Below are positions 1 through 10,195 of a stretch of DNA of 37,974 nucleotides, in pieces. The notes beneath the pieces were generated by a model. It did not search any database and was not told where the DNA came from. It was given only the letters and a program-made list of their open reading frames with translations. Position 1 is the stretch's first letter; every line of letters starts with the position of its first letter. The position numbers and the translations under genes are program-made. This stretch comes from a virus. Its lineage: Duplodnaviria; Heunggongvirae; Uroviricota; Caudoviricetes. The stretch is taken from IMG/VR virus record IMGVR_UViG_2778261505_000008, positions 1-37,974 of that record, one strand, 5' to 3'.

Positions 1-1074
1 TCATTTGTCGATTTCAATTTTGTCCCATTCCCGTCCACGGCTGTCCCTATACCGCGCCGCCATTGAGTCTGATTTATGCCCGAGAAGACGTTGAGCAAAC
101 TTATCGCCAATCTGGTTCCGGTATAGCCTCGCTGACAGGCTACGCAGTTCATGGAATGTTGGCGGGTTTCCATCAAATGAGAGTCCAGATGCATTTCTCG
201 CCTTTGTAAAATACTTTGATACTGTTTTCGGGGAAAGCGGATCGTGATGCTTTGATGCGATTATAGTTTCACTGCTGCTGGCCTCCCTGCATTTCTGTAG
301 TGTATCAGCCAATGAGATATTGAGCGCGTCAATCGTTAGCGTTAGCGGAATGGCGAGTTTAGCCCCTGTTTTACTCTGTTCAATGTGAAGATGGTTGTCG
401 TTTATGTCTGACCATTTCATTCTGCACAAATCGCCGACTCTCTGCCCTGTAACGACGGCCAAATCCATCGCCAGCCTTAGCCAGATAGGGAGAGGTTCGG
501 CTGCATGGTAAATCTCGACATACTCATTAGCTGTCAGCCTTGAGCGCCTTACTTCTGACTTTGCTGTACGGGTTGCTGTTACCGGATTCGTTGCCACATA
601 CCCCTCGGCTATTGCTTCACGAAAAACGTCAACAAGGGTTGACCTGATTAATTTTGCGGAAGCTGCTTTACCTTCTGCTACGTAGGTGTTTAGCATTGCT
701 GCCACTTCTTTCGTTGATATGTCAGTGAGCGGTTTGTCCGGCAATTTTCTTCGGATTGCCCTGATTTTGCTGGCGTAGTCGAGTAGAGTTTTCGGCCTGA
801 TCCCCCTTTCGGTGAGGATTGTTTCATATCGGTCAAGCCACACATGAAGAGTGATTGCGTCACCGCCTTTAATTCTGTCTATTAGTGATTTGCGTCCGCT
901 GTCTGAGAGTAACTCAATATTGGCCTGTATTGCTTCAGTAATTGCTATCCTCCTGTCTCTGCCTAATCCGAACTCTTTACCCGTCCTTGGGTCCCTGTAG
1001 CAGTAATATCCATTGTTTCTTATATAAAGGTTAGGGGGTAAATCCCGGCGCTCATGACTTCGCCTTCTTCCCAT
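1..1074 (-). CDS. int: Tyrosine integrase, phage lambda Int-like
   Basis: ORF track 1..1074 (-). Translation MGRRRSHERRDLPPNLYIRNNGYYCYRDPRTGKEFGLGRD... matches my recollection of lambda Int almost throughout. The stop codon is nt 1-3, so the att site lies outside the window. Confidence 0.95.
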   Translation of the reverse strand: MGRRRSHERRDLPPNLYIRNNGYYCYRDPRTGKEFGLGRDRRIAITEAIQANIELLSDSGRKSLIDRIKGGDAITLHVWLDRYETILTERGIRPKTLLDYASKIRAIRRKLPDKPLTDISTKEVAAMLNTYVAEGKAASAKLIRSTLVDVFREAIAEGYVATNPVTATRTAKSEVRRSRLTANEYVEIYHAAEPLPIWLRLAMDLAVVTGQRVGDLCRMKWSDINDNHLHIEQSKTGAKLAIPLTLTIDALNISLADTLQKCREASSSETIIASKHHDPLSPKTVSKYFTKARNASGLSFDGNPPTFHELRSLSARLYRNQIGDKFAQRLLGHKSDSMAARYRDSRGREWDKIEIDK

Positions 1075-1270
1075 TTCTGATCCTCTTCAAAAGGCTACCT
1101 GTTACTGGTCGATTTAAGTCAACCTTTACCGCTGATTCGTGGAACAGATACTCTCTTCCATCCTTAACCGGAGGAGGGAATATCCTGCACTCGCGTACCC
1201 ATCGACGAACTGTTTCAAGGCTTCTTGGGCGTCGCTGGCGAGCGTTCCACTCCTGAAGAGTCAAGTACAT
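1052..1270 (-). CDS. xis: Excisionase, lambda Xis-like (72 aa)
   Basis: ORF track 1052..1270 (-). MYLTLQEWNARQRRPRSLETVRRWVRECRIFPPPVKDGREYLFHESAVKVDLNRPVTGSLLKRIRNGKKAKS matches remembered lambda Xis. Overlaps the int start, as in lambda. Confidence 0.95.
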   Translation of the reverse strand: MYLTLQEWNARQRRPRSLETVRRWVRECRIFPPPVKDGREYLFHESAVKVDLNRPVTGSLLKRIRNGKKAKS

Positions 1271-1375
1271 CGCAAAGTCTCCGCAATTACACGCAAGAAA
1301 AGCTGCATTGATGCAGCAATGGTAGGTCTGGATATCTTGAGAAATGAACAGGCCTCATCGAGTGTGAGACTGTGG

Positions 1376-1720
1376 TTAGTCCTTTCGTAACTCGCTGATT
1401 CTCCTGTAAGTCTCTGGTGCTTTGTTCCCGTACGTCTTCATTTCAGACTTCAACAGAGCAACGAGGGAATCCCATTCATTGAGGATTCCTTTGAATGCCT
1501 GAACGCGCTTTGCAACTTTGTTGAATGAATCTCTGATTTCTGGAATCTGCTCAACAAGTGCAACGCATCGTCTGAAATCGGCTGCGTCATGTGGAGCGCC
1601 GAAGTGATGACCATAGATATTCTTTTTCAGTCCACATGCGATTGAGGCAAGAGTTGCGCTACTAATGCCAACATCGCCAGTCGATTGCCATTTCAAAACC
1701 TTCATAGCCAAATCTGACAT
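1376..1720 (-). CDS. Hypothetical protein (114 aa)
   Basis: ORF track 1376..1720 (-). GGAG about 7 nt upstream of the ATG. Co-oriented in the leftward operon. No family recognised. Confidence 0.55.
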   Translation of the reverse strand: MSDLAMKVLKWQSTGDVGISSATLASIACGLKKNIYGHHFGAPHDAADFRRCVALVEQIPEIRDSFNKVAKRVQAFKGILNEWDSLVALLKSEMKTYGNKAPETYRRISELRKD

Positions 1721-1792
1721 TTCTTGTCTCCATAAAACAAAACCCGCCGTAGCGAGTTCAGATAAAAGAAATCCCCGCGAGTTCGAGGATTG

Positions 1793-2077
1793 TTATTCAT
1801 TGCCGATATTCACCTTTATCGCGAACACCTTTACCGGTTTATCGCCGAAGTGGGGATGTGTGATTGTCTTGATTTCATATCCGTCATACGGGACGTCAAT
1901 TCTGCGGCTGGAATCGTCGCGCTTCGGATATCCCTTTGTGATAATCAGGCGGTCATGCTTACGGTTAACGAGGCGCTTTTTCCAGTAGTCATTAACAAGG
2001 CGATACTCTTCCGTTTTCTCTCCGCGAATCATGGCATCGAAGTATTCACCTTTAACGGCTAGTTGCAGGTTAGCCAC
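1793..2077 (-). CDS. Small ASCH/PUA-like domain protein (about 95 aa), GTG start
   Basis: In-frame GTG at 2075-2077 preceded by AGGAGG with a 6-nt spacer (reverse complement of 2078-2089). The track's longer ORF would overlap the upstream gene by 66 nt. ASCH-like assignment is from sequence pattern only. Confidence 0.5.
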   Translation of the reverse strand: MANLQLAVKGEYFDAMIRGEKTEEYRLVNDYWKKRLVNRKHDRLIITKGYPKRDDSSRRIDVPYDGYEIKTITHPHFGDKPVKVFAIKVNIGNE

Positions 2078-3038
2078 GGTTAACCTCCTGCGGCGGTTCC
2101 GGTAGCGGCATCCAGTGTGACGGCTCACATACCCCCTCAACACCGTTCATGTAAAAGAATTGAAATAACCCTTTACCTTTGTGAAACCCTACCATCTGCT
2201 CTTTTGTGTCTGAACAATAAACCAAAACATCTTCTTCGTTTGGCATTCGCTCACTACAGCTTATCCAACCATCCGGAGTTACCGGATAGTTGCCAGCCAG
2301 TCTACGCAAAACAGCCTTAACCGCCTCAATACGGTCATCATCGCAACTTTCCAGCGTATCTATGCGATCGAGCATGATGATGGCGTTATCAATATCAGGA
2401 TTGCCGGTCCACTCATTACCGCGATTGGATTCGGCAGCCTGGTTGCCGTGTACTGTTTGATTCTCGGCTTTACCCAGTCTGTCGTCGCTGCATGAATGCC
2501 CTTCCAGCCAGGCCAATGCTTGTCGCATGAAATACGCAATATGTTTGCCGTGGTAATCGTCTTCATCGATGTGAAAAGCGATACTGCGGATGTATTCAAT
2601 TGCGTTTTCAATGGCCTCCGGCGTTATCGGCGCTGACATATTTTGATTTTGGAGTGCCAAGACGCGGCTGGCATCCTCAACATCTTTAACTGCATCTGCG
2701 CAGTAGTTATAGCGATTGCACTCCACTAACTTCTGCTTGAGATTTTCAATTGCTTGCGCGACATCAGCCTGTATTACGGGAACTGGCGGAACGGCGTAGA
2801 CCTCAATAATTCCATTATCAATAGGCCATTCTCCATCCTTGAGGTAGTCACTTGTACCGTCAACTTGCTGTTCTGCAATGTGGAATGCACCTATTGGTTT
2901 TGCTTCCAGCGATGCCAGCGCGATACGAAACACATTGGCAAGCAGGCTGTCTGAAGATTGGTTATCGTGCGCCGAGTCGCTCAGGAAACCAGTGATGAAT
3001 GATTTAATTTCCGCGTTTTCTCTGGTAATAGTGGTCAT
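2070..3038 (-). CDS. DUF551-domain phage protein (about 322 aa)
   Basis: ORF track 2070..3128 (-), trimmed to the ATG at 3036-3038 which has AGGAGA 6 nt upstream. C-terminus ...CEPSHWMPLPEPPQ is the hallmark of DUF551 proteins. Confidence 0.6.
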   Translation of the reverse strand: MTTITRENAEIKSFITGFLSDSAHDNQSSDSLLANVFRIALASLEAKPIGAFHIAEQQVDGTSDYLKDGEWPIDNGIIEVYAVPPVPVIQADVAQAIENLKQKLVECNRYNYCADAVKDVEDASRVLALQNQNMSAPITPEAIENAIEYIRSIAFHIDEDDYHGKHIAYFMRQALAWLEGHSCSDDRLGKAENQTVHGNQAAESNRGNEWTGNPDIDNAIIMLDRIDTLESCDDDRIEAVKAVLRRLAGNYPVTPDGWISCSERMPNEEDVLVYCSDTKEQMVGFHKGKGLFQFFYMNGVEGVCEPSHWMPLPEPPQEVNRG

Positions 3039-3039
3039 A

Positions 3040-3258
3040 TCAGTTCTCCTTATACGGATTAATTTTATTGTGCAGTGTGTTGAACGACGCCCATACCACG
3101 TCGTTATACAATTCAATAACTGGCTCAATTATTTTTCCGATTCCCCATACCAGAATTAACGGGGATATCGGTATCAGCAACACGATAAACAGAATGAGAA
3201 ACAGGAATCCTGTTGTTCTACTCCTTCGCGGATAATTTTTCCTGAATAGTGTAGGCAT
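3040..3258 (-). CDS. Small membrane protein (72 aa)
   Basis: Internal ATG at 3256-3258 with GGGAGAG upstream. MPTLFRKNYPRRSRTTGFLFLILFIVLLIPISPLILVWGIG is one strongly hydrophobic helix. Starts 1 nt after the upstream gene's stop. Confidence 0.45.
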   Translation of the reverse strand: MPTLFRKNYPRRSRTTGFLFLILFIVLLIPISPLILVWGIGKIIEPVIELYNDVVWASFNTLHNKINPYKEN

Positions 3259-3259
3259 A

Positions 3260-3835
3260 TCACTCTCCCTTGATGCGAATGCCAGCGGCGCGCTCGGCTT
3301 CACTTTGTTCCCAAAACCACTTGTGAAGCTCCATGAGCTTTTCGTCAATCTGTGCATATTTGCGATTAAAGTAGGCCTGAGCATCTTTCTCAGATTCGTT
3401 CGGCAATTCGCCTGGGCAAAACAGTGTGTTATAAATCCATGCCAGTCCGCTCTTAGCGTCGCCAGTTGCCTGCCATTCGATAATGGCAGCCTGCATGACC
3501 AGAATGTTTTTCCCGATTAATAGGTCCAGTTCTTTATACCGGTTGCGGATGTATGCATTCTCGCTTTGTAATTCAGCGTTGCGCTTCTCTGCTGCTTCCA
3601 GCTTCTTGTAGAGAGCATCCCAACTTGTCGAGTTATCCATAACCAGCTTTGTAACCCGCTCTTCGCGTGATTTGTAATGCTTCAGTTCATCCAGTAGTGC
3701 CAGCACAATGTGTGGCGTTATCAAGGACTCAAATTCGGCAACAGTTTGCTCGCCTCGCTTGTAATTCTTAATCCCACCTAAATTTTTCGCGTTCTGTGCC
3801 GCCTCACGCAGTGCCTGGTAATTAATTTCGCTCAC
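3260..3835 (-). CDS. Ea22-like coiled-coil protein (191 aa)
   Basis: ORF track 3260..3835 (-). N-terminus [21 protein letters not shown] and heptad-rich body resemble the ead/Ea22-like family common in lambdoid b-regions. Remembered similarity only. Confidence 0.55.
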   Translation of the reverse strand: MSEINYQALREAAQNAKNLGGIKNYKRGEQTVAEFESLITPHIVLALLDELKHYKSREERVTKLVMDNSTSWDALYKKLEAAEKRNAELQSENAYIRNRYKELDLLIGKNILVMQAAIIEWQATGDAKSGLAWIYNTLFCPGELPNESEKDAQAYFNRKYAQIDEKLMELHKWFWEQSEAERAAGIRIKGE

Positions 3836-4314
3836 TGGTTTCCTCCTTTGCGAAGCTGGTCGGCGAACAAACGTACACCAGACGCTTCACTGCGTAGAAA
3901 CTTAGCGGCATAATCAAAACCACCTCGTTCTGCGTCGTCTGCTCCGTTGTCGAGGTTATCTGCGTACATCTCTACCCCCTGCGCCCGCACTTCAGCCAGG
4001 AAAGCGTCGGTGGCTGACATATTTCCTGTTGCCTTCATGGCCTTCAAAATAACCAGAACGCCATCTTGCCCAACCAACTCGGAGATAATCTCAGTGTTGT
4101 CGCCAACAACATCACAGAATGCCTGAACAGCTTTACGAGCAAGTGCATTCTCCGCCGCCAGCGCCGCGCACTTGGCCTCCGCTTCAGCAAATTTACGCAC
4201 CAGATATTCAGCGTTTGTTTCGTTAACCTTTAAATCTCGTGGGATGCATTTACCTTTCAGAAATCCATCCATCTCAATTAGTGACATTTGTTTCATTTCT
4301 TCCCACTCCGCCAC
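3832..4314 (-). CDS. Hypothetical protein (160 aa)
   Basis: ORF track 3832..4314 (-). ATGA-type overlap with the downstream gene. Start could instead be at M7 or M10. Confidence 0.5.
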   Translation of the reverse strand: MAEWEEMKQMSLIEMDGFLKGKCIPRDLKVNETNAEYLVRKFAEAEAKCAALAAENALARKAVQAFCDVVGDNTEIISELVGQDGVLVILKAMKATGNMSATDAFLAEVRAQGVEMYADNLDNGADDAERGGFDYAAKFLRSEASGVRLFADQLRKGGNQ

Positions 4315-4467
4315 ATCGCATTCAGATATTTGTTTTGATTTACTGAAGGAAAAGAATTTCTCTTAAGCAATTCCTCTCTCGATGGCATTGGCTTTACGCG
4401 TTGGCGAATAATCATTTCTGCCGGAAGAATGCCGGGATTGTATGCAAGTCCTCTCATGGTAAATTCC

Positions 4468-4764
4468 TCAGTCATTACTGATAGCGCCATAACGTGAGCG
4501 GTAATTACGCAGGCGCGGGTCGATATATTCAGGGAAGTGGGTATATGTGGCTTTGCGGAATGGTCGGATTGATGTCTGGTAAATTCGCTCGTGTTCTTCT
4601 TTCTCTGCAAGCCATATACAGTGGCGAAATTCCTTTTCCTCTTTCGTTTCCTGCGGTAGAGACATTATTCGATCGTAGTTTTTTCTGAATTTATCCAGCA
4701 CCTCCGATACGGAATTGCCGGAACAGCGGCGCGGGTCATCCGCACCATACAGAGGCGCTGGCAT
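4468..4764 (-). CDS. Hypothetical protein (98 aa)
   Basis: ORF track 4468..4764 (-). ATG at 4762-4764 preceded by AGGAGG with a 5-nt spacer. Lies immediately downstream of ssb. Confidence 0.6.
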   Translation of the reverse strand: MPAPLYGADDPRRCSGNSVSEVLDKFRKNYDRIMSLPQETKEEKEFRHCIWLAEKEEHERIYQTSIRPFRKATYTHFPEYIDPRLRNYRSRYGAISND

Positions 4765-4777
4765 GATTTCCTCCTGA

Positions 4778-5293
4778 TTAAATTGCGTGAATAGCGTGAC
4801 GAGGGAAGGGGAGAGTTACTGGCGCAAATGGTATATCGTCGTCAAACTCCATAGGTGGTTCGCTGTGATTTCCCTGCTGCTGAGGTTGCTGTCTTTGTTG
4901 CTGACCGTTATTTCGCTGAGGTGAAGACTGTTCATTGCCTCCTTGCTTGCCACCAAGCATTTGCATGGTTCCACCAACGCCCACGATGACTTCGGTAGTG
5001 AACCGATCCTGTCCGCTTTGATCCTGCCATTTTCTTGTCCGCAATTTGCCTTCAAGATAAACATCAGAGCCTTTTCGCAGATATTCGCTGGCAATTTCTG
5101 CCAGTTTCCCGCTCATTACCACGCGGTGCCACTCCGTCTGCTCCTTTTGCTCTCCAGTTTTCTTATCACGCCATTGTTCTGACGTAGCAACGGTAAGGTT
5201 TGCAAATGCCGTTCCTGATGGTGAATATCTGATTTCTGGATCATGCCCAAGGCGACCAATAATGATCACCTTATTTACGCCTCTGCTTGCCAT
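4778..5293 (-). CDS. ssb: Single-stranded DNA-binding protein with a 15-residue extension after the DDDIPF motif
   Basis: ORF track 4778..5293 (-). [16 protein letters not shown]...WHRVV...[12 protein letters not shown] is a canonical SSB OB fold, Gly/Gln-rich linker and acidic tip. The frame continues [15 protein letters not shown] before TAA, verified codon by codon on 4778-4849. Confidence 0.9.
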   Translation of the reverse strand: MASRGVNKVIIIGRLGHDPEIRYSPSGTAFANLTVATSEQWRDKKTGEQKEQTEWHRVVMSGKLAEIASEYLRKGSDVYLEGKLRTRKWQDQSGQDRFTTEVIVGVGGTMQMLGGKQGGNEQSSPQRNNGQQQRQQPQQQGNHSEPPMEFDDDIPFAPVTLPFPRHAIHAI

Positions 5294-6001
5294 TTATGCC
5301 GCCTGTTTTAGTTCGTTAACTCTGATGTTCATTACCTGAACGCATTTAGCCTGCGCCTCCTCGTTGCCAGCCATTAATTGCCAGTCACGCTGATAACGCT
5401 CGATGAGTTTTTTCTTGTCAGTTTCTGTTGACGCATAATCGCTGAAGTCTTTCAGGATTTGTTCGCAGTCAACCGATGGAGATTTCTGGTTGGTATTTTC
5501 TGGTGATGGTTTGTTATCTGATGCTGGGATTGCCCATCCCGGAAGCGATGGAGGGAGCCAGTAAAATCCTGTTCCATCCTTCAGTTTTGCCCTGTGCCAC
5601 CCCTGCTTTTTATCGAGAGATGTTTGTGCGAAACCTTCCTCAAGGTTATACAGATACCGACCGATTCCCCACTGAACGGCAGCGCGCTTCATTGCACCGG
5701 AACGACCACCTTTGACGGCTTCTACCTGCGTGTTTTCAGCAGCATCCCATTTGGTTACCCATTCGGAATCAATCTTTATTGATATGCCGCATTCAACGCC
5801 GCCGTTGTTGGGAATATCGCGGTATTCATTGCGCCATCCTGCTTTGCCGCAAACATCGTCCAGGCGTTTCATGATTGCCCGGTTCGTGACATAAGCCAGC
5901 ACCATAGCCCACACCTTGCCATCGCGTGTTTTACCGCTTTGCTGTATTCGCCATTCGATATCTTCAGGGCTGAATGGCTCATCGAATTTATTCAAATCCA
6001 T
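5294..6001 (-). CDS. Single-strand annealing protein, Rad52/Sak-like
   Basis: ORF track 5294..6001 (-). Motifs RDGKVWAMVLAYVTNRAIMKRLDDVCGKAGWRNEY and GGRSGAMKRAAVQWGIGRYLY resemble Rad52-fold phage recombinases. Directly upstream of ssb, a typical recombination pair. Confidence 0.55.
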   Translation of the reverse strand: MDLNKFDEPFSPEDIEWRIQQSGKTRDGKVWAMVLAYVTNRAIMKRLDDVCGKAGWRNEYRDIPNNGGVECGISIKIDSEWVTKWDAAENTQVEAVKGGRSGAMKRAAVQWGIGRYLYNLEEGFAQTSLDKKQGWHRAKLKDGTGFYWLPPSLPGWAIPASDNKPSPENTNQKSPSVDCEQILKDFSDYASTETDKKKLIERYQRDWQLMAGNEEAQAKCVQVMNIRVNELKQAA

Positions 6002-6009
6002 AATTCACC

Positions 6010-6198
6010 TCAGAATGGTAATTCGGATGGGGAGGAAAGAAATTCGCGCTCACTCATGCGCTCTCTTTGTGCTTGCCATAAACAAAGTTGTTTCTTTGAT
6101 TTATCTCCCGCTTTACGCCAGTAACGAGCCTCAGCAATGTGATATTCTCTTTTTAATCGACTTAACTCTGGAGTTTTCGCCAGCTCTACCGTAATCAT
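6010..6198 (-). CDS. Hypothetical small basic protein (62 aa)
   Basis: ORF track 6010..6198 (-). Tightly packed between the Kil-like ORF and the annealing-protein gene. Confidence 0.4.
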   Translation of the reverse strand: MITVELAKTPELSRLKREYHIAEARYWRKAGDKSKKQLCLWQAQRERMSEREFLSSPSELPF

Positions 6199-6308
6199 TT
6201 AGACCTCCATTTTCTGTAGGCTTCGACGGCCTCACGAAACATCTTTTCATCGCCAATAAAAGTGGCGATAGTGAATTTAGTCTGAATAGCCATAAGTGTT
6301 TTATCCAT
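6195..6308 (-). CDS. kil: Kil-like small protein (37 aa)
   Basis: ATG at 6306-6308 with AGGAG 9 nt upstream. MDKTLMAIQTKFTIATFIGDEKMFREAVEAYRKWRSK resembles my recollection of the lambda Kil N-terminus. The ATG overlaps the cIII stop. The track's 79-aa ORF 6195..6434 is probably an artefact. Confidence 0.5.
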   Translation of the reverse strand: MDKTLMAIQTKFTIATFIGDEKMFREAVEAYRKWRSK

Positions 6309-6441
6309 TTTTTGGAACTCCTGGCTGATTAAGTACGTCGATGAGTCGTTTCCATCCGTCACGTAATTTACGGGTGATTCGTTCAAGTAAAGATTCGGAA
6401 GGGCAGCCAGCAACAGGCCACCCTGCAATGGCATATTGCAT
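6301..6441 (-). CDS. cIII: CIII (FtsH inhibitor), 46 aa
   Basis: Not in the ORF track. Hand translation of the reverse complement of 6301-6441 gives MQYAIAGWPVAGCPSESLLERITRKLRDGWKRLIDVLNQPGVPKNG, matching remembered lambda CIII. AAGGAG sits 6 nt upstream of the ATG. Confidence 0.7.
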   Translation of the reverse strand: MQYAIAGWPVAGCPSESLLERITRKLRDGWKRLIDVLNQPGVPKNG

Positions 6442-6513
6442 GGTGTGCTCCTTATTTATACATAACGAAAAACGCCTCGAGTGAAGCGTTATTGGTATGC
6501 GGTAACGCCGCGC

Positions 6514-6882
6514 TCAGGCGGCTTTGATAGTCATATCATCTGAATCAAATATTCCTGATGTATCGATATCGGTAATTCTTATTCCTTCGCTACCATCCAT
6601 TGGAGGCCATCCTTCCTGACCATTTCCATCATTCCAGTCGAACTCACACACAACACCATATGCATTTAAGTCGCTTGAAATTGCTATAAGCAGAGCATGT
6701 TGCGCCAGCATGATTAATACAGCATTTAATACAGAGCCGTGTTTATTGAGTCGGTATTCAGAGTCTGACCAGAAATTATTAATCTGGTGAAGTTTTTCCT
6801 CTGTCATTACGTCATGGTCGATTTCAATTTCCATTGATGCTTTCCAGTCGTAATCAATGATGTATTTTTTGATGTTTGACAT
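6514..6882 (-). CDS. ea10: Ea10-like protein (122 aa)
   Basis: ORF track 6514..6882 (-). MSNIKKYIIDYDWKAS...; length and position next to cIII match my recollection of lambda Ea10. Confidence 0.65.
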   Translation of the reverse strand: MSNIKKYIIDYDWKASMEIEIDHDVMTEEKLHQINNFWSDSEYRLNKHGSVLNAVLIMLAQHALLIAISSDLNAYGVVCEFDWNDGNGQEGWPPMDGSEGIRITDIDTSGIFDSDDMTIKAA

Positions 6883-6900
6883 CTATTCATATCCTCACAG

Positions 6901-6927
6901 AAAAAAATCGCCCTCACACTGGAGGGC
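6901..6927 (-). terminator. Rho-independent terminator on the minus strand (tL1-like)
   Basis: Plus strand aaaaaaa-tc-gccctc-acactg-gagggc. On the minus strand this is a 6-bp GC stem, 6-nt loop and a 7-T run. Confidence 0.55.
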
Positions 6928-7050
6928 AAAGAAGACTTCCAATAATCAGAACAAGTCGGCTCCTGTTTAGTTACGAGCGACATTGCTCCATGTATTCACT
7001 CGTTGGAATGAATACACAGTGCAGTGTTTATTAGTATGCCTGTCTTTTAA

Positions 7051-7948
<898 letters not shown>

Positions 7949-8058
7949 CTGGATTCTCCTGTCAGTTAGCTTTGAGTAACGCGCCGTGATGCTTATCTCC
8001 ACGGTTGCTGTCTTGCAGCTGCATTTCGCGCTACTCAAAGCCTTCTGCTTTGAATGCT

Positions 8059-8089
8059 GCCCTTCTTCAGGGCTTAATTTTTAAGAGCA
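8059..8089 (-). promoter_or_regulatory. nutL (boxB hairpin and boxA)
   Basis: Plus 8059-8073 gcccttcttcagggc is the reverse complement of the lambda nutL boxB GCCCTGAAGAAGGGC. Plus 8082-8089 reverse-complements to TGCTCTTA, one mismatch from boxA CGCTCTTA. Confidence 0.8.
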
Positions 8090-8128
8090 TCACCTTCATG
8101 GTGGTCAGTGCGTCCTGCTGATGGCTTA

Positions 8129-8157
8129 AAATTACAAGAAAGATTGTATGTTGTAAA
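8129..8157 (-). promoter_or_regulatory. pL-like promoter
   Basis: On the minus strand, -35 TTTACA (8152-8157), 17-nt spacer, -10 TAATTT (8129-8134). The downstream leader ...CATCAGCAGGACGCACTGACCACCATGAAGGTG matches the lambda pL leader as I remember it. Overlaps the operators. Confidence 0.55.
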
Positions 8158-8201
8158 CAAGAAATATTGTAAAAAGGGGCGTGAAAAACAAACTCCATTG
8201 T
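8134..8201. promoter_or_regulatory. Left operator set, three 434-type 14-bp sites
   Basis: ACAAGAAAGATTGT (8134-8147), ACAAGAAATATTGT (8157-8170), ACAAACTCCATTGT (8188-8201). All fit ACAA-N6-TTGT; the third is the reverse complement of the 434 OL3 sequence as I remember it. Confidence 0.8.
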
Positions 8202-8250
8202 TTTTAAATGAAAAATAGTTTGTTTTTGGTTATCGAGATTGAGGTGGGGA

Positions 8251-9603
<1,353 letters not shown>

Positions 9604-9611
9604 GACATTCC

Positions 9612-9643
9612 CGCTCTTACACATCCAAGCCCTGAAAAAGGGC
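9612..9643 (+). promoter_or_regulatory. nutR (boxA and boxB)
   Basis: boxA CGCTCTTA at 9612-9619. boxB GCCCTGAAAAAGGGC at 9629-9643, identical to lambda nutR boxB. Confidence 0.85.
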
Positions 9644-9667
9644 ATCAAATTAAACCACACCTATGGT

Positions 9668-9687
9668 GTATGCATTTATTTGCATAC
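9668..9687 (+). terminator. tR1-like hairpin
   Basis: gtatgca-tttatt-tgcatac: perfect 7-bp stem, 6-nt loop, between nutR and cII. No strong T-run, so possibly Rho-dependent as in lambda. Confidence 0.4.
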
Positions 9688-9722
9688 ATTCAATCAATTG
9701 TTATTTAAGGAAATACTTACAT

Positions 9723-10016
9723 ATGGTTCGTGCAAACAAACGCAACGAGGCTCTAAGAATCGAGAGTGCGTTGCTTAACAAAATCGCAATGCTTGGAACT
9801 GAGAAGACAGCGGAAGCTGTGGGCGTTGATAAGTCGCAGATCAGCAGGTGGAAGAGGGACTGGATTCCAAAGTTCTCAATGCTGCTTGCTGTTCTTGAAT
9901 GGGGTGTCGTTGACGACGACATGGCTCGATTGGCACGACAAGTTGCTTCGATTCTCACCAATAAAAAACGCCCGGCGGCAACCGAGCGTTCTGAACAAAT
10001 CCAGATGGAATTCTGA
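9723..10016 (+). CDS. cII: CII transcriptional activator (97 aa)
   Basis: ATG at 9723. [97 protein letters not shown] matches remembered lambda CII. The track ORF starts upstream at 9663. Confidence 0.9.
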   Translation: MVRANKRNEALRIESALLNKIAMLGTEKTAEAVGVDKSQISRWKRDWIPKFSMLLAVLEWGVVDDDMARLARQVASILTNKKRPAATERSEQIQMEF

Positions 10017-10048
10017 GGTCATTACTGGATCAATCCACAGGAGTCATT

Positions 10049-10195
10049 ATGACAAAACAACTCAGTCCTTACCAGGACAAAATTCACAAACACATACTAC
10101 GTGATCGCTTCCTGTCCAGCTTCAAGCAGCCTGGTCGATTCCGGGCTGAGTTGGAAAAAGTGAAGCTGATGCAGAAGGAGAAAGGTCATGAGTAA
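10049..10195 (+). CDS. Small basic protein (48 aa) between cII and the O-like gene
   Basis: Not in the ORF track. ATG at 10049 with CAGGAG 5 nt upstream. [48 protein letters not shown]. Stop overlaps the ATG of the next gene. Confidence 0.4.
   Translation: MTKQLSPYQDKIHKHILRDRFLSSFKQPGRFRAELEKVKLMQKEKGHE

Noticed and set aside
4293-4610. 105-aa minus-strand ORF overlapping the 4468-4764 gene
   Set aside because: Overlaps a better-supported gene with a strong AGGAGG site in another frame; low-complexity translation with no RBS.
6195-6434. 79-aa ORF from the track (MPLQGGLLLAALPNLYLNESPVNY...)
   Set aside because: No SD within range of its ATG. The same DNA encodes a CIII-like peptide with a perfect SD in another frame and a Kil-like ORF from an internal ATG, so the two-gene model is preferred.
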